From contig CACMYV010000003.1 in NCBI GenBank assembly GCA_902617975.1, forward strand, positions 23,394 to 87,393: DNA of 64,000 bases, in the 5' to 3' direction. This stretch comes from an uncultured Pelagibacteraceae bacterium. Its GTDB lineage: Bacteria; Pseudomonadota; Alphaproteobacteria; Pelagibacterales; Pelagibacteraceae. A program made the position numbers and the translations under genes. The number at the start of each line of letters is the position of its first letter. Position 1 is the first letter of the stretch. The notes under the pieces were generated by a model. The model did not search any database, was not told the DNA's origin, and saw nothing but the letters and a program-made list of their open reading frames with translations. This document shows, one piece after another, positions 46,025-55,812 of the stretch.

Positions 46025-47158
46025 TTAACCATTTAATAATTTAAGAGCAAATTCCAACTGGTTATCGGTATCTGTATTTATTCTAAATTCATCTGAACCT
46101 TCAGCAATAACTATATCTGGGTTTACACCTACTCTTGAAATCGATTTACCTGATGGAAGATAGTATTTTGATACAGTAAGTCTTATGGCACCTTCATTTT
46201 CTAAAGGAATAATTGATTGGACTGACCCTTTTCCATATGTACTCTCTCCTACTAAAATTGCTCTTTTGTGATCTTGTAGAGCTCCTGCAACAATTTCAGA
46301 TGCTGATGCTGAGCCATAATTAATCAGAATAACCATTGTTTCTCCATCAATAATGTCTCCTTTTTTTGCAAACCATTTCCTATTTTCATATTTCCTTTTA
46401 CTTTTTGTTGAAACTATTTCTCCATTTTCTAAAAAATAATCTGAAATTTTAATTGCTTGAGATAACAATCCACCAGGATTGTTTCTTAAATCTAATATGT
46501 AATTTTTAATTTTCTTATTTTTCTTAAATTCTTTGATTTTATTTTTTATTTGTTTACTACTGTTCTCATTGAATGATGTTAATCTTATATAAGCTGTTTG
46601 ATCATCTTTAATTTCTGACTTTACAGATGCAACTTGTATTATTTCTCTTGTAATTGTAAATATAAGTGCTTTTCTTTCTCCTCTTCTTCTAACAGTAATC
46701 TCTATATCAGATCCAACTGGACCTCTCATTAATTCTACAGCTTCAGATAGAGTTTTTCCTTGAACTTGAACATCATCAATTTTAACTATGTAATCTCCTG
46801 CTTTAACACCAACCTCATCAGCTGGTGAGTTATCAATTGGAGAAATTACTTTTACGACACCAGCCTCCATACTGACTTCAATGCCCAATCCTCCAAATTC
46901 TCCGCTAGTCTCAGTTTGCATATTTTTAAACGAGTCTGGAGACATATATGCTGAATAAGGATCCAAAGATTGCAAAACGCCGTTTACAGCAGCATCCATT
47001 GCTTCACTCTGATTTACTTCATCAACATATTCTTTATTAATTTTATCTAAGACTTCACTAAATAAATCAATTTTTTTGTAAATATCGTTTTCATTACTCA
47101 AAATTGGACATGTAAATACAAAAAAAAATAAAGAAGCTATTAAGTATACTTTTTTCAT
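46025..47158 (-). CDS. ctpA: Carboxyl-terminal processing protease (S41)
   Basis: Signal peptide, LDPYS, PDZ GLGI, DLRNNPGG, SASASEI and GKGSVQ motifs. Confidence 0.94.
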   Translation of the reverse strand: MKKVYLIASLFFFVFTCPILSNENDIYKKIDLFSEVLDKINKEYVDEVNQSEAMDAAVNGVLQSLDPYSAYMSPDSFKNMQTETSGEFGGLGIEVSMEAGVVKVISPIDNSPADEVGVKAGDYIVKIDDVQVQGKTLSEAVELMRGPVGSDIEITVRRRGERKALIFTITREIIQVASVKSEIKDDQTAYIRLTSFNENSSKQIKNKIKEFKKNKKIKNYILDLRNNPGGLLSQAIKISDYFLENGEIVSTKSKRKYENRKWFAKKGDIIDGETMVILINYGSASASEIVAGALQDHKRAILVGESTYGKGSVQSIIPLENEGAIRLTVSKYYLPSGKSISRVGVNPDIVIAEGSDEFRINTDTDNQLEFALKLLNG

Positions 47159-47505
47159 ATCATCAGTTTTTCTTTAGGAATTAATTCTGACCACATTTTT
47201 TCTAATTCATAAAATTTTCTTTTTTCAGGATTGAAAATATGAACAATTAAGTCGATCCCATCCACAAGCTTCCAATCATTGCTATCTTTTCCTTCAATTT
47301 TACAATTATTCACACCGTTAATTTTTAATTTTTCAAAAACTTGTTCAGATAAAGCTTGAATATGTCTTGATGATGTACCACTAGCTATAATCATGAAGTC
47401 CGCAACTGATGATTTTCCTTCGAGATCTATTGAAACTATGTCTAAGGCTTTATTAATATCAAGCGTTTTGATTATTTCATCTTTAAGAGCTGATATTTTT
47501 TCCAT
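47155..47505 (-). CDS. rsfS: Ribosome silencing factor
   Basis: IIASGTSSRH, WKLVD, VHIF and FYELEKMW motifs. Confidence 0.94.
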   Translation of the reverse strand: MEKISALKDEIIKTLDINKALDIVSIDLEGKSSVADFMIIASGTSSRHIQALSEQVFEKLKINGVNNCKIEGKDSNDWKLVDGIDLIVHIFNPEKRKFYELEKMWSELIPKEKLMI

Positions 47506-47522
47506 TAATTAAATTTAGAGTA

Positions 47523-48056
47523 TCAAATTTTTCTTAATTGAGAAGATGAAATATTGACTTTATTAAACTTTATAAATTCAACTGCTTTTTTATTATATTT
47601 CTTAAATGATTTAGATCTAAAAGCCTTTGATTTGTATCCATTTCGATCAAATACCAATATTTTGCTCATTTTAGTTATTGAATTGTACCCTTTCCATTTA
47701 TGAAAATTTATTAGGTTATCTGCACCCATCAAAAAAAATATTTCTGAATGTTTATATTTTTTTTTTAAATATTTAATTAGATCTACTGTACGATTAGATT
47801 TTATTATTTTTTCAAAACATTTAACTTTTATAAATTTATTATTTTTATTAATTTTTTTTGCATAATCTATTCTTTTAGATAGATCATTTGGATTATTTTT
47901 TTTAAATGGATTTTGTTTTGTTATAGCCCATATAACCTGGCTCAAATTATAACTTTTTTTTGCTAATTTAGAAATTCTTACATGACCAACATGTGCTGGA
48001 TCAAACGATCCACCGAGTATACCAATCTTTTTATTTTCTAATTTGCCCTGAACCAT
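47523..48056 (-). CDS. nadD: Nicotinate-nucleotide adenylyltransferase
   Basis: GGSFDPAHVGH, MGADN and ISSSQLR motifs; start uncertain (48056 or 48065). Confidence 0.92.
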   Translation of the reverse strand: MVQGKLENKKIGILGGSFDPAHVGHVRISKLAKKSYNLSQVIWAITKQNPFKKNNPNDLSKRIDYAKKINKNNKFIKVKCFEKIIKSNRTVDLIKYLKKKYKHSEIFFLMGADNLINFHKWKGYNSITKMSKILVFDRNGYKSKAFRSKSFKKYNKKAVEFIKFNKVNISSSQLRKI

Positions 48057-49278
48057 AAACTTCATATTTATAACTTACTAACTGATTTAGACCGACAGGA
48101 CCTCTTGGTGGCAAGGTATTTGTTGAAATTCCAACCTCTCCACCAAAACCAAATTCTCCTCCGTCAGCAAATTGTGTTGATGAATTTTGAATAGCAATAG
48201 AGCTTTTTACATTTTTAATAAAGAATTTTGCTGTATTTTTGTTTTTGGTTACTATTGCATCTGTATGCATAGTTCCGTATTTATTGATATGGGCAACTGC
48301 TTCTTTAACATCATTCACTAATTTAACCGAAATAATCGGTGAAAGATATTCTTTTGACCAAGTATTATTATTTGCAGGATATGTTTTGCCTTTAAATAAT
48401 TTACTTATTTTTCTATCAGCTAAAATTTTACAACCACTTTCAGCTAGCGAATTTAAAATTAAATTTACTGATTTTGATTTACTTTTATGTATTAAGAGAG
48501 TTTCAGTTGCACCACATATACTAGTATTTCTCAACTTAGCATTTAATACTATTTTGTTTGCCATATTATCTTCTGCCTCTTTATCAATATATGTATGACA
48601 AATTCCTTCCAAATGACCAATAACTGGCACCTTTGAAAGTTGTTTAACTTTTTTTACTAAATTTTTTCCGCCTCGTGGTATTACAACATCAATGGAGTTT
48701 TCCATTTTTGATAATAAATAATCTACGAGTTTCCTGCTTTTATTGTTTATATACTGGACGTAATTTTCGTTTACTTTATTTTTTTTTAGAGCTTTCCTAA
48801 ATAAATTTACTAAAATTTTATTACTATTGTAGGCTTCGGAACCACCTCTTAATATAACAGCATTTCCAGATTTAAAACATAGTGCTGATACATCCGAAGT
48901 AACATTGGGTCTACTCTCAAATATTACACCTATAACTCCTATTGGTATTGTAACTCTTCTAATTTCAAGTCCATTTGGTCTTCTCCATTTGGAAGTTACT
49001 TGATTAACTGGATCTTTAAAAGAAGTAATAGTTTTAACAGAGTCAATTATACTTTTTAATTTATTATTATTAAGAGCGAGTCTTTGAATTAAGTTTTCTT
49101 TTAATTTTTTTTCTTTTGCATAAAAAATATCTTTCTTATTTTCACCAATTATTTTATGTTTATTAATCTCAATTAATTTTACAAAATCTTTTAAAACTTT
49201 ATTCTTTTTTTTTGGACTAATACTTGAATTCAAAGCTTTTCTAGAATTTAATCCAATTTTTTTAAGTAGTTTACTCAT
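48031..49278 (-). CDS. proA: Gamma-glutamyl phosphate reductase
   Basis: ESRPNV, IPRGG, CGATE and FADGGEFGFGGEVGIST motifs. Confidence 0.96.
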   Translation of the reverse strand: MSKLLKKIGLNSRKALNSSISPKKKNKVLKDFVKLIEINKHKIIGENKKDIFYAKEKKLKENLIQRLALNNNKLKSIIDSVKTITSFKDPVNQVTSKWRRPNGLEIRRVTIPIGVIGVIFESRPNVTSDVSALCFKSGNAVILRGGSEAYNSNKILVNLFRKALKKNKVNENYVQYINNKSRKLVDYLLSKMENSIDVVIPRGGKNLVKKVKQLSKVPVIGHLEGICHTYIDKEAEDNMANKIVLNAKLRNTSICGATETLLIHKSKSKSVNLILNSLAESGCKILADRKISKLFKGKTYPANNNTWSKEYLSPIISVKLVNDVKEAVAHINKYGTMHTDAIVTKNKNTAKFFIKNVKSSIAIQNSSTQFADGGEFGFGGEVGISTNTLPPRGPVGLNQLVSYKYEVYGSGQIRK

Positions 49279-50384
49279 TAAATTTTAACCATATCATCTT
49301 TATGTATAACTTCAGACTTTGTAACATAGCCTAAAAGATTACTAATTTTGTTAGAATGTTCTCCTTTTATTTTGGATATCTCATCAGATGTAAAACTGCT
49401 CAACCCTCTAGCAAATTCTTTGTTATTTTTATCTAAAATTCTAACATGATCACCTTTAACAAATTTCCCTGAAACTTTTCTAATACCTGCAGCTAATAAA
49501 CTTTTTCCATTTTTTAAAGCATTTAAAGCACCATCATCTATAATAATTTCTCCTTTTGGAGATATAGAGCTAATTATCCATTTTTTTCTTGCATCTAATT
49601 TAGATACTTTTGGCAAAAACCATGTCCCAGAATTATGTTCCAGTATATTTTTAATTGGTCTTTTAATTAAACCATTTGCAATAGCCATATAGCAACCCGA
49701 GACTTGACATACTTTTGCAGCATCAATTTTCGTTTTCATCCCACCAGTACCATACTCACTTGTGCTTTTACTTGAAAAATTTTCAATTTTAGAATCAATA
49801 TTTTTTATTTCTTTAATCAATTTAGCATTTTTATGAATTTTTGGGTTTTTAGAATATAATCCATCAACATCAGACAATAATATTAAGCAATCTGCACCTG
49901 ATATTTGTGCAACTCTTGATGCTAATCTGTCATTATCTCCGTATTTAATTTCAGAAGTTGCAATACTATCATTTTCATTAACAACAGGTACAAAATTAAG
50001 CTCAAATAAGTTTTCGAAAGTTCTTTTAGCATTTATAGCTCTTCTTCTTTGTTCAGTATCTTCTAAAGTAATTAAAATTTGAGAAATATTTATTTTATTT
50101 GAGCTAAATGTCTTTTTAAAAAGATTCATTAATTCTATTTGTCCAATTGATGCAACAGCTTGGCTTTTATCAAGCTTTAAAGTTTTTTTATTTAATTGTA
50201 ATTTTTTACACCCTAAAGCAATTGCTCCAGAACTCACTATAACAATGTTTTTTTTAAGTTTTTGTAACTCTTTAATATCTTTAGCAAATTCCAAAAGCCA
50301 TTTTTCTCTAATAATTTTGTTGTCATTTATTAATAAAGATGAACCTATTTTTATTACTACAGTTTTGGAGTCCTTAAGATACAT
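49278..50384 (-). CDS. proB: Glutamate 5-kinase
   Basis: KIGSS, NEND, GDNDRL and TGGMKTK motifs plus a PUA domain. Confidence 0.96.
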   Translation of the reverse strand: MYLKDSKTVVIKIGSSLLINDNKIIREKWLLEFAKDIKELQKLKKNIVIVSSGAIALGCKKLQLNKKTLKLDKSQAVASIGQIELMNLFKKTFSSNKINISQILITLEDTEQRRRAINAKRTFENLFELNFVPVVNENDSIATSEIKYGDNDRLASRVAQISGADCLILLSDVDGLYSKNPKIHKNAKLIKEIKNIDSKIENFSSKSTSEYGTGGMKTKIDAAKVCQVSGCYMAIANGLIKRPIKNILEHNSGTWFLPKVSKLDARKKWIISSISPKGEIIIDDGALNALKNGKSLLAAGIRKVSGKFVKGDHVRILDKNNKEFARGLSSFTSDEISKIKGEHSNKISNLLGYVTKSEVIHKDDMVKI

Positions 50385-51357
50385 AGTTTACCAACTTTGA
50401 CTTTATATCTGATACTGATTTTTTATCCATTGTTGACATGAAAAAGATATTTTTTTTTAATTTATTCTTGAGTTTTTTTATCTTCTCTTTTTTTTCCTCT
50501 TCATCTATTAAGTCAGTTTTATTTAAAACTACTATTTCTTTTTTTTTAACTAAATCTTTACTGTATTTTGATAATTCTTTTCTGACTTGATTGTAAGAAA
50601 TAAATAAATCATCTTCAGTTATATCTATTAAATGCAGCAAAGTTTTGCACCTTTCTATATGTTTTAAAAACTTTATTCCAAGACCAGTTCCGGTATGAGC
50701 ACCTTCAATTAAGCCTGGTATATCTGCTAAAGTAACTTCTTTGTCATCATAACTAGCAACACCAAGATTTGGATTAATTGTAGTAAATTTATAGTTTGCT
50801 ATTTTTGGATTTGCACTCGTCATTGATGCAAGCAAGCTGGATTTCCCAGCATTGGGCAATCCTATGATACCGATATCAGCAATTGTTTTTAGTTGAAGCC
50901 AAATCCAAAATTCCTCTCCATGACCCCCTTTTGTAAATTTCTTTGGGGCTCTATTGGTTGAGGACTTAAATCTTGTATTTCCAAATCCTCCTTTACCTCC
51001 GCTTGCTACTAAAAATTCCTCTTTCTGACTTTTAAAATCATAAATAAGTGTTTTATTATCTTCTTCAAATACTTGTGTTCCTAAAGGTACTTTTAAATAT
51101 AAATCTTCACCACCTTTCCCAGTTTTGTTTTTTCCGCTGCCATCTTTTCCTCTTTCAGCTTTGAAGTGTTGTTGATACCTGTAATCAATCAAAGTATTAA
51201 GATTTCTTTCACTAATAAGAATTACAGATCCTCCTTTCCCTCCATCGCCGCCATCAGGGCCACCAAACTCTACAAATTTTTCCCTACGAAAACTTGGAGA
51301 TCCCGACCCTCCGTTGCCAGCTTTTACATATATCTTAACTTGATCTAGAAATTTCAT
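50374..51357 (-). CDS. obgE: GTPase Obg/CgtA
   Basis: GGPDGGDGG, GLPNAGKSS, DIPGL and NKTD motifs. Confidence 0.97.
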   Translation of the reverse strand: MKFLDQVKIYVKAGNGGSGSPSFRREKFVEFGGPDGGDGGKGGSVILISERNLNTLIDYRYQQHFKAERGKDGSGKNKTGKGGEDLYLKVPLGTQVFEEDNKTLIYDFKSQKEEFLVASGGKGGFGNTRFKSSTNRAPKKFTKGGHGEEFWIWLQLKTIADIGIIGLPNAGKSSLLASMTSANPKIANYKFTTINPNLGVASYDDKEVTLADIPGLIEGAHTGTGLGIKFLKHIERCKTLLHLIDITEDDLFISYNQVRKELSKYSKDLVKKKEIVVLNKTDLIDEEEKKEKIKKLKNKLKKNIFFMSTMDKKSVSDIKSKLVNYVS

Positions 51358-51384
51358 ATAACAACTATGTGAGTGTTGTATCTA

Positions 51385-51639
51385 TTAATTGGGCTTTACA
51401 GAAACGTAAGTTCTATCAGATTTTGATTTTTTAAACTCTACTTTACCTTTAACAACTGAAAATATCGAATGGTCTTTACCCATGCCAACATTTTCTCCAG
51501 GAAATATTTTAGTTCCCCTTTGTCTTACAATAATGTTGCCAGGCACAACCATCTCGCCACCATATTTTTTCACACCAAGTCTACGACCTGCACTATCTCT
51601 TCCGTTTCTTGACGATCCACCTGCTTTTTTCGTTGCCAT
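51385..51639 (-). CDS. rpmA: 50S ribosomal protein L27
   Basis: [16 protein letters not shown] and IIVRQRG motifs. Confidence 0.98.
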   Translation of the reverse strand: MATKKAGGSSRNGRDSAGRRLGVKKYGGEMVVPGNIIVRQRGTKIFPGENVGMGKDHSIFSVVKGKVEFKKSKSDRTYVSVKPN

Positions 51640-51649
51640 AAATTACTTT

Positions 51650-52051
51650 TTATTTAGCTGCTTCCTTAGTTTCAACTGTTTTTTTTGATGGTATTTCTTT
51701 TCTTTTTTCTGCTTCAGAAATAACTTTACCATCTTTTGAATAGATTTTACTTATTCTTACCATTGTAAATTTTTGTCTATGACCATTTTTTCTTCTCGAA
51801 TTTTGCCTTCTCCTTTTTTTAAAAATAAGAACTGTTCTATTTTTTCCATTTTTTATTAATTCAGCTTCAACTTTAGCTCCACTAATTGTCGGCTCTCCTA
51901 ACTCTAAATTTTTATCATCTCCGTAAGCTAGTATTTCATTAAACTCTATTTTTGAATTTTCTTTTGAATCTTCGAGCTTTTCAACTTTGAGAATCTCTCC
52001 AGCTTTCACTTTATACTGTTTACCACCTGTTTGAATTACCGCGAATGACAT
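51650..52051 (-). CDS. rplU: 50S ribosomal protein L21
   Basis: AVIQTGGKQY and GHRQ motifs. Confidence 0.97.
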   Translation of the reverse strand: MSFAVIQTGGKQYKVKAGEILKVEKLEDSKENSKIEFNEILAYGDDKNLELGEPTISGAKVEAELIKNGKNRTVLIFKKRRRQNSRRKNGHRQKFTMVRISKIYSKDGKVISEAEKRKEIPSKKTVETKEAAK

Positions 52052-52077
52052 AGTTAGCCCTAATTTTTATAGTCAGC

Positions 52078-52105
52078 AATATAGTCCGGGTTGTATTATA
52101 GTCAA
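52078..52105 (-). promoter_or_regulatory. Putative sigma70 promoter of the rplU-rpmA-obg operon
   Basis: TTGACT-16 nt-TATATT on the minus strand. Confidence 0.5.
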
Positions 52106-52115
52106 GGTTAATAAC

Positions 52116-52835
52116 TTAGAAATTATCCTTTAAATCCCTCAATTTTTTGAAATTTTCTAGATCGTTTGACCTAAGAAAAATGTTACAATTAAGTTCCTCA
52201 CCAATCGTCGATGGCATACTAGTTTTACCTTGTTTAATTTTTTCTTTAATTTCTTTAATTTTGTTTAGTAATTCATTGTTATTGGAATCTTGTGCTAAAC
52301 AAAATTCAGAATTCTTTAAAGTATATTCATGTCCACAATAAATTTTTGTATCTTTATCTAAATTTTTTAAAACTTGTAGTGAGTTGTACATTTGTTCATA
52401 ACTTCCTTCAAAAATTCTTCCACATCCCATAGAGAATAAAGTATCTCCTGTAAAAATTAACTTATTTTTAAAAAAATGAAAACAGATATGACCTATTGTA
52501 TGGCCTGGGACGTGATATATTTTTGCTTCAAAAATATCTTCTTTCCAAATTTCACCATCACTTAAGCAAATATCAATTTGAGGTATTCTATTTTTATCTC
52601 CAATATAACCTATTACTTCTGCATTAAATTTTTCTTTTAATTCTTCATTCCCGCCAACATGGTCATGATGATGATGTGTATTTAATATATATTTTAAATT
52701 TAATTTATTTTTCTGTAAATAATTTATAATTGGATCTGCTTCACCAGGATCAACAACACAACAATTTCTATTAGCTTCATTAATTAAAATGTAAGAAAAA
52801 TTATCTTCCAGACACTTAATAATTTCTACTTTCAT
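52116..52835 (-). CDS. gloB: Hydroxyacylglutathione hydrolase (glyoxalase II)
   Basis: THHHHDHVGG, PGHT, GDTLFSMGCGR, CGHEY and LRDLKDNF motifs. Confidence 0.95.
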   Translation of the reverse strand: MKVEIIKCLEDNFSYILINEANRNCCVVDPGEADPIINYLQKNKLNLKYILNTHHHHDHVGGNEELKEKFNAEVIGYIGDKNRIPQIDICLSDGEIWKEDIFEAKIYHVPGHTIGHICFHFFKNKLIFTGDTLFSMGCGRIFEGSYEQMYNSLQVLKNLDKDTKIYCGHEYTLKNSEFCLAQDSNNNELLNKIKEIKEKIKQGKTSMPSTIGEELNCNIFLRSNDLENFKKLRDLKDNF

Positions 52836-53432
52836 TTAACTTTCTATTAAAAATATACCTAAATGAGAGTCAAGATTTTTATAATTTAAATTTGATTTAT
52901 TTATTTCTGAAATTCGACTTTTTTTTAAAGCGATAGACTTAAATATTTTAATATTCTTACTACTGCAAAAATTATAAAAATCTTTAATTGTGCACATATG
53001 TAAATTTGGTGTATTGTACCATTCATGAGGTAAATTTTCTGTTACAGGCATTGTGCCTTTAAACAATAATTGTAGTCTAACTCTCCAGTAACCAAAATTA
53101 GGTATAGTAACAATTACTTTTTTTCCTACTTTTAGTAATTCATTAATTACTAATTCAGGATTAAGAAAAGCTTGTAATGTTTGGCTTAAAATAACGTAAT
53201 CAAAAGACGATTTAGGAAATTGTTTTAAATCGCTTTCAGCATTCCCCTCAATTACAGTTAATCCTTTTGATAAACAATTTTGAACTTTTTCTTTAGAGAT
53301 TTCTAGTCCACGAATATCTTTAGTTTTGTTTTCTTGTAAAAATTTCATCAAGTCTCCATTGCCACAACCGACATCTAGAACTCTAGTATTTTCCTCTATC
53401 AAATTAGATATAATGTTAAATTCTTCTTTCAT
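52836..53432 (-). CDS. metW: Methionine biosynthesis protein MetW
   Basis: [22 protein letters not shown] and WYNTPNLH motifs; downstream of metX. Confidence 0.93.
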   Translation of the reverse strand: MKEEFNIISNLIEENTRVLDVGCGNGDLMKFLQENKTKDIRGLEISKEKVQNCLSKGLTVIEGNAESDLKQFPKSSFDYVILSQTLQAFLNPELVINELLKVGKKVIVTIPNFGYWRVRLQLLFKGTMPVTENLPHEWYNTPNLHMCTIKDFYNFCSSKNIKIFKSIALKKSRISEINKSNLNYKNLDSHLGIFLIES

Positions 53433-54549
53433 TTATAACTTTGTAGGTTGAATTAATATAATCGCCAAGTGTCTTTAGGAAACTTGGAACATCGAGCAAA
53501 AATGAGTCATGCCCCTTATCAGACTCTATTTCTACAAATCCAACATCTGCACCAATAGAATTTAGTGCTATAACTATTTCTCTATTCTCCGATGTTGGAT
53601 ACAACCAATCTGATGTAAATGATATTACAAAAAATTTTGTTTTAGTTTCTTTGAATGCATCAGATAAGTTTCCTTTGTACTGTTTGGATAAGTCAAAATA
53701 ATCCATTGCACGAGTTATATATAAATAACTATTAGCATCAAATCTATCAACAAACACAGATCCTTGGTATCTAAGATAACTCTCAATTTGAAAATCTGCC
53801 TCAAATCCATATCTTAGGCTATCCCTATCTTGCAATTTTCTTCCAAATTTTTCCTGCAATCCTTTTTCAGAAAGATAAGTAATATGTGCTGCCATTCTTG
53901 CTACCGCTAACCCTTTGTCAGGATTTAATTTGTAATCACTATAAAATCCATTTTCCCACTTACTGTCAGCCATAATTGCCTGTCTTCCTAATTCATTAAA
54001 CGCTATGTTTTGTGCCGAGTGACTAGATGTGCAAGCAATCGGTATTGCAAGTTTTGCTTTATCTGGAAAATTGGCAACAAATTGAAGTACTTGCATTCCA
54101 CCCATTGAACCACCTACTACAGCAAAAAGTTTTTCAATTTCTAAGTATTTAATTAGCTCATATTGAGCGTTAACCATGTCGTTAATAGTTATAATTGGAA
54201 AATCAGTTCCTATTTGTTTACCAGTGGACTCATTTATTGTGCTTGGTCCGTAAGATCCCATGCAGCCTCCAATAACGTTTGCACAAATCACAAAAAATTT
54301 ATTTGTATCAATTGGCTTATTTTCTCCAACAACATAACTCCACCAACCATCTTTATTAGTTATTGGGTTTTTTCCAGAAACATATTGATCTCCAGTCAAA
54401 GCATGGAAAACTAATATTGCATTACTTTTTTCACTGTTTAATTCCCCATATGTCTCATATGCTATTGGAAAGTTATTAATTTCCTTACCACAATCCAATT
54501 TAAGGGGATTTGATATAATTATTTTTTTTGTATCAATATTCTTATTCAT
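53416..54549 (-). CDS. metX: Homoserine O-acyl(acetyl)transferase
   Basis: HALTG, GGSMGG, RFDAN and GHDSFL motifs. Confidence 0.96.
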   Translation of the reverse strand: MNKNIDTKKIIISNPLKLDCGKEINNFPIAYETYGELNSEKSNAILVFHALTGDQYVSGKNPITNKDGWWSYVVGENKPIDTNKFFVICANVIGGCMGSYGPSTINESTGKQIGTDFPIITINDMVNAQYELIKYLEIEKLFAVVGGSMGGMQVLQFVANFPDKAKLAIPIACTSSHSAQNIAFNELGRQAIMADSKWENGFYSDYKLNPDKGLAVARMAAHITYLSEKGLQEKFGRKLQDRDSLRYGFEADFQIESYLRYQGSVFVDRFDANSYLYITRAMDYFDLSKQYKGNLSDAFKETKTKFFVISFTSDWLYPTSENREIVIALNSIGADVGFVEIESDKGHDSFLLDVPSFLKTLGDYINSTYKVINERRI

Positions 54550-54583
54550 AATAATTGTACTGATTGAATTGTGAGAAAAAAAA

Positions 54584-54634
54584 CATTTTAGCGGTTTTTT
54601 TATAGCGCTCGCAATTCAGTATAAATCAGCGCAT
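54584..54634 (-). ncRNA. SAM-II riboswitch aptamer
   Basis: Minus strand reads GCGCUGAUUUAUACUGAAUUGCGAGCGCUAUAAAAAAACCGCUAAAAUG: P1 GCGCU/AGCGC, loop GAUUU..UUGC and 3' GCUAAA, the SAM-II pseudoknot consensus, upstream of metX. Confidence 0.9.
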
Positions 54635-54638
54635 GCAG

Positions 54639-54667
54639 CTTTTACTTCAAAGGAATTTATATGTCAA
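54639..54667 (-). promoter_or_regulatory. Putative sigma70 promoter of the SAM-II/metXW leader
   Basis: TTGACA-17 nt-TAAAAG; the predicted TSS (~54634-54632) coincides with the aptamer 5' end. Confidence 0.65.
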
Positions 54668-54729
54668 ATATTGCTCAATTAATTATTGTTTTATCTAGTT
54701 AAAAGACTATTTATAGTGAAATATTTACT

Positions 54730-55812
54730 ATGACAGCGCCAAGATTTAAAAACATAAAATTACAGAGTTACAAACCAGGAAAATCCTTATTGGCTGGTAA
54801 TAAAAATATTATTAAGTTATCTGCAAATGAATCTGCTTTAGGTGTCAGTAAAAATGTCGAAAAAATTGTTAAGTCTAAATTTGATATATCAAAATATCCA
54901 GACAGTAAATTTTCGGAATTAACACAAAAAATATCAAAGAAGTATAATTGTGATAAATCCAAGATAATTTGTGGCTCTGGTTCTGACGAAGTAATTCAAA
55001 TGCTTTGTCAATTGTTCCTTAGAGAAAATGATGAAGTTGTTGTTCCTCAGTACAGTTTCCTCATGTATAGGATATACTCCAAGATCGTTGGGGCAAATGT
55101 AAAATTAGCTAAAGAAATTAATTTTAAAGTTTCAGTTAAAGAAATTCTTAAAAAGACATCAAAAAAAACAAAAATTGTTTTTATTGCAAATCCAAATAAT
55201 CCAACAGGCACTTATTTAACAAAAAACGAGCTATTAGACTTAAGGAGAAGATTAAATAAAAATATTTTATTGGTTGTTGATGATGCATATTTTGAATATA
55301 TGAAGAATAAGGATTACAAATCTGGAATTGAGTTATTTAAAAATTCTAAAAATGTATTTATTTTAAGAACATTTTCAAAAATCTATGGTCTAGCTTCATT
55401 AAGGATAGGCTGGGGATACGGTGATAAATCTATAATTAAAGAATTATATAAAATTAAACCACCTTTTAATGTAAATAAATTTGCTCAAATTTGTGCTGTT
55501 GAATCACTTAAAGATGATAAATTTGTTAAAAAGTCAGTAATACATAATCTTAAATGGTGTAAAAAAATTAAAAATGAGATGTTAAAATATAATATTGGTA
55601 CAAACAAAATATCTGGAAATTTCTTTTTGTTAGATTTCAAAAAAGCAAAATTTACCGCAGACACAACTTTAAAAAAATTACAGAAATATGGAATTATACT
55701 AAGAGAAATGAATTCATATGGTATAAAAAATTGTCTAAGACTTACAATTGGCAACACAAAAGAAAACCAAATATTCCTTAAAAGAATGAATACTATTTTT
55801 AAAAATGTTTAA
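54730..55812 (+). CDS. hisC: Histidinol-phosphate aminotransferase
   Basis: KLSANES, GSDE, NPNNPTG, DDAY and RTFSKIYGLASLRIG motifs. Confidence 0.95.
   Translation: MTAPRFKNIKLQSYKPGKSLLAGNKNIIKLSANESALGVSKNVEKIVKSKFDISKYPDSKFSELTQKISKKYNCDKSKIICGSGSDEVIQMLCQLFLRENDEVVVPQYSFLMYRIYSKIVGANVKLAKEINFKVSVKEILKKTSKKTKIVFIANPNNPTGTYLTKNELLDLRRRLNKNILLVVDDAYFEYMKNKDYKSGIELFKNSKNVFILRTFSKIYGLASLRIGWGYGDKSIIKELYKIKPPFNVNKFAQICAVESLKDDKFVKKSVIHNLKWCKKIKNEMLKYNIGTNKISGNFFLLDFKKAKFTADTTLKKLQKYGIILREMNSYGIKNCLRLTIGNTKENQIFLKRMNTIFKNV

Noticed and set aside
51358-51384. Small hairpin ACAAC/GTTGT between rpmA and obg
   Set aside because: Only 5 bp with no U-tract; too weak to call a terminator or regulatory element.
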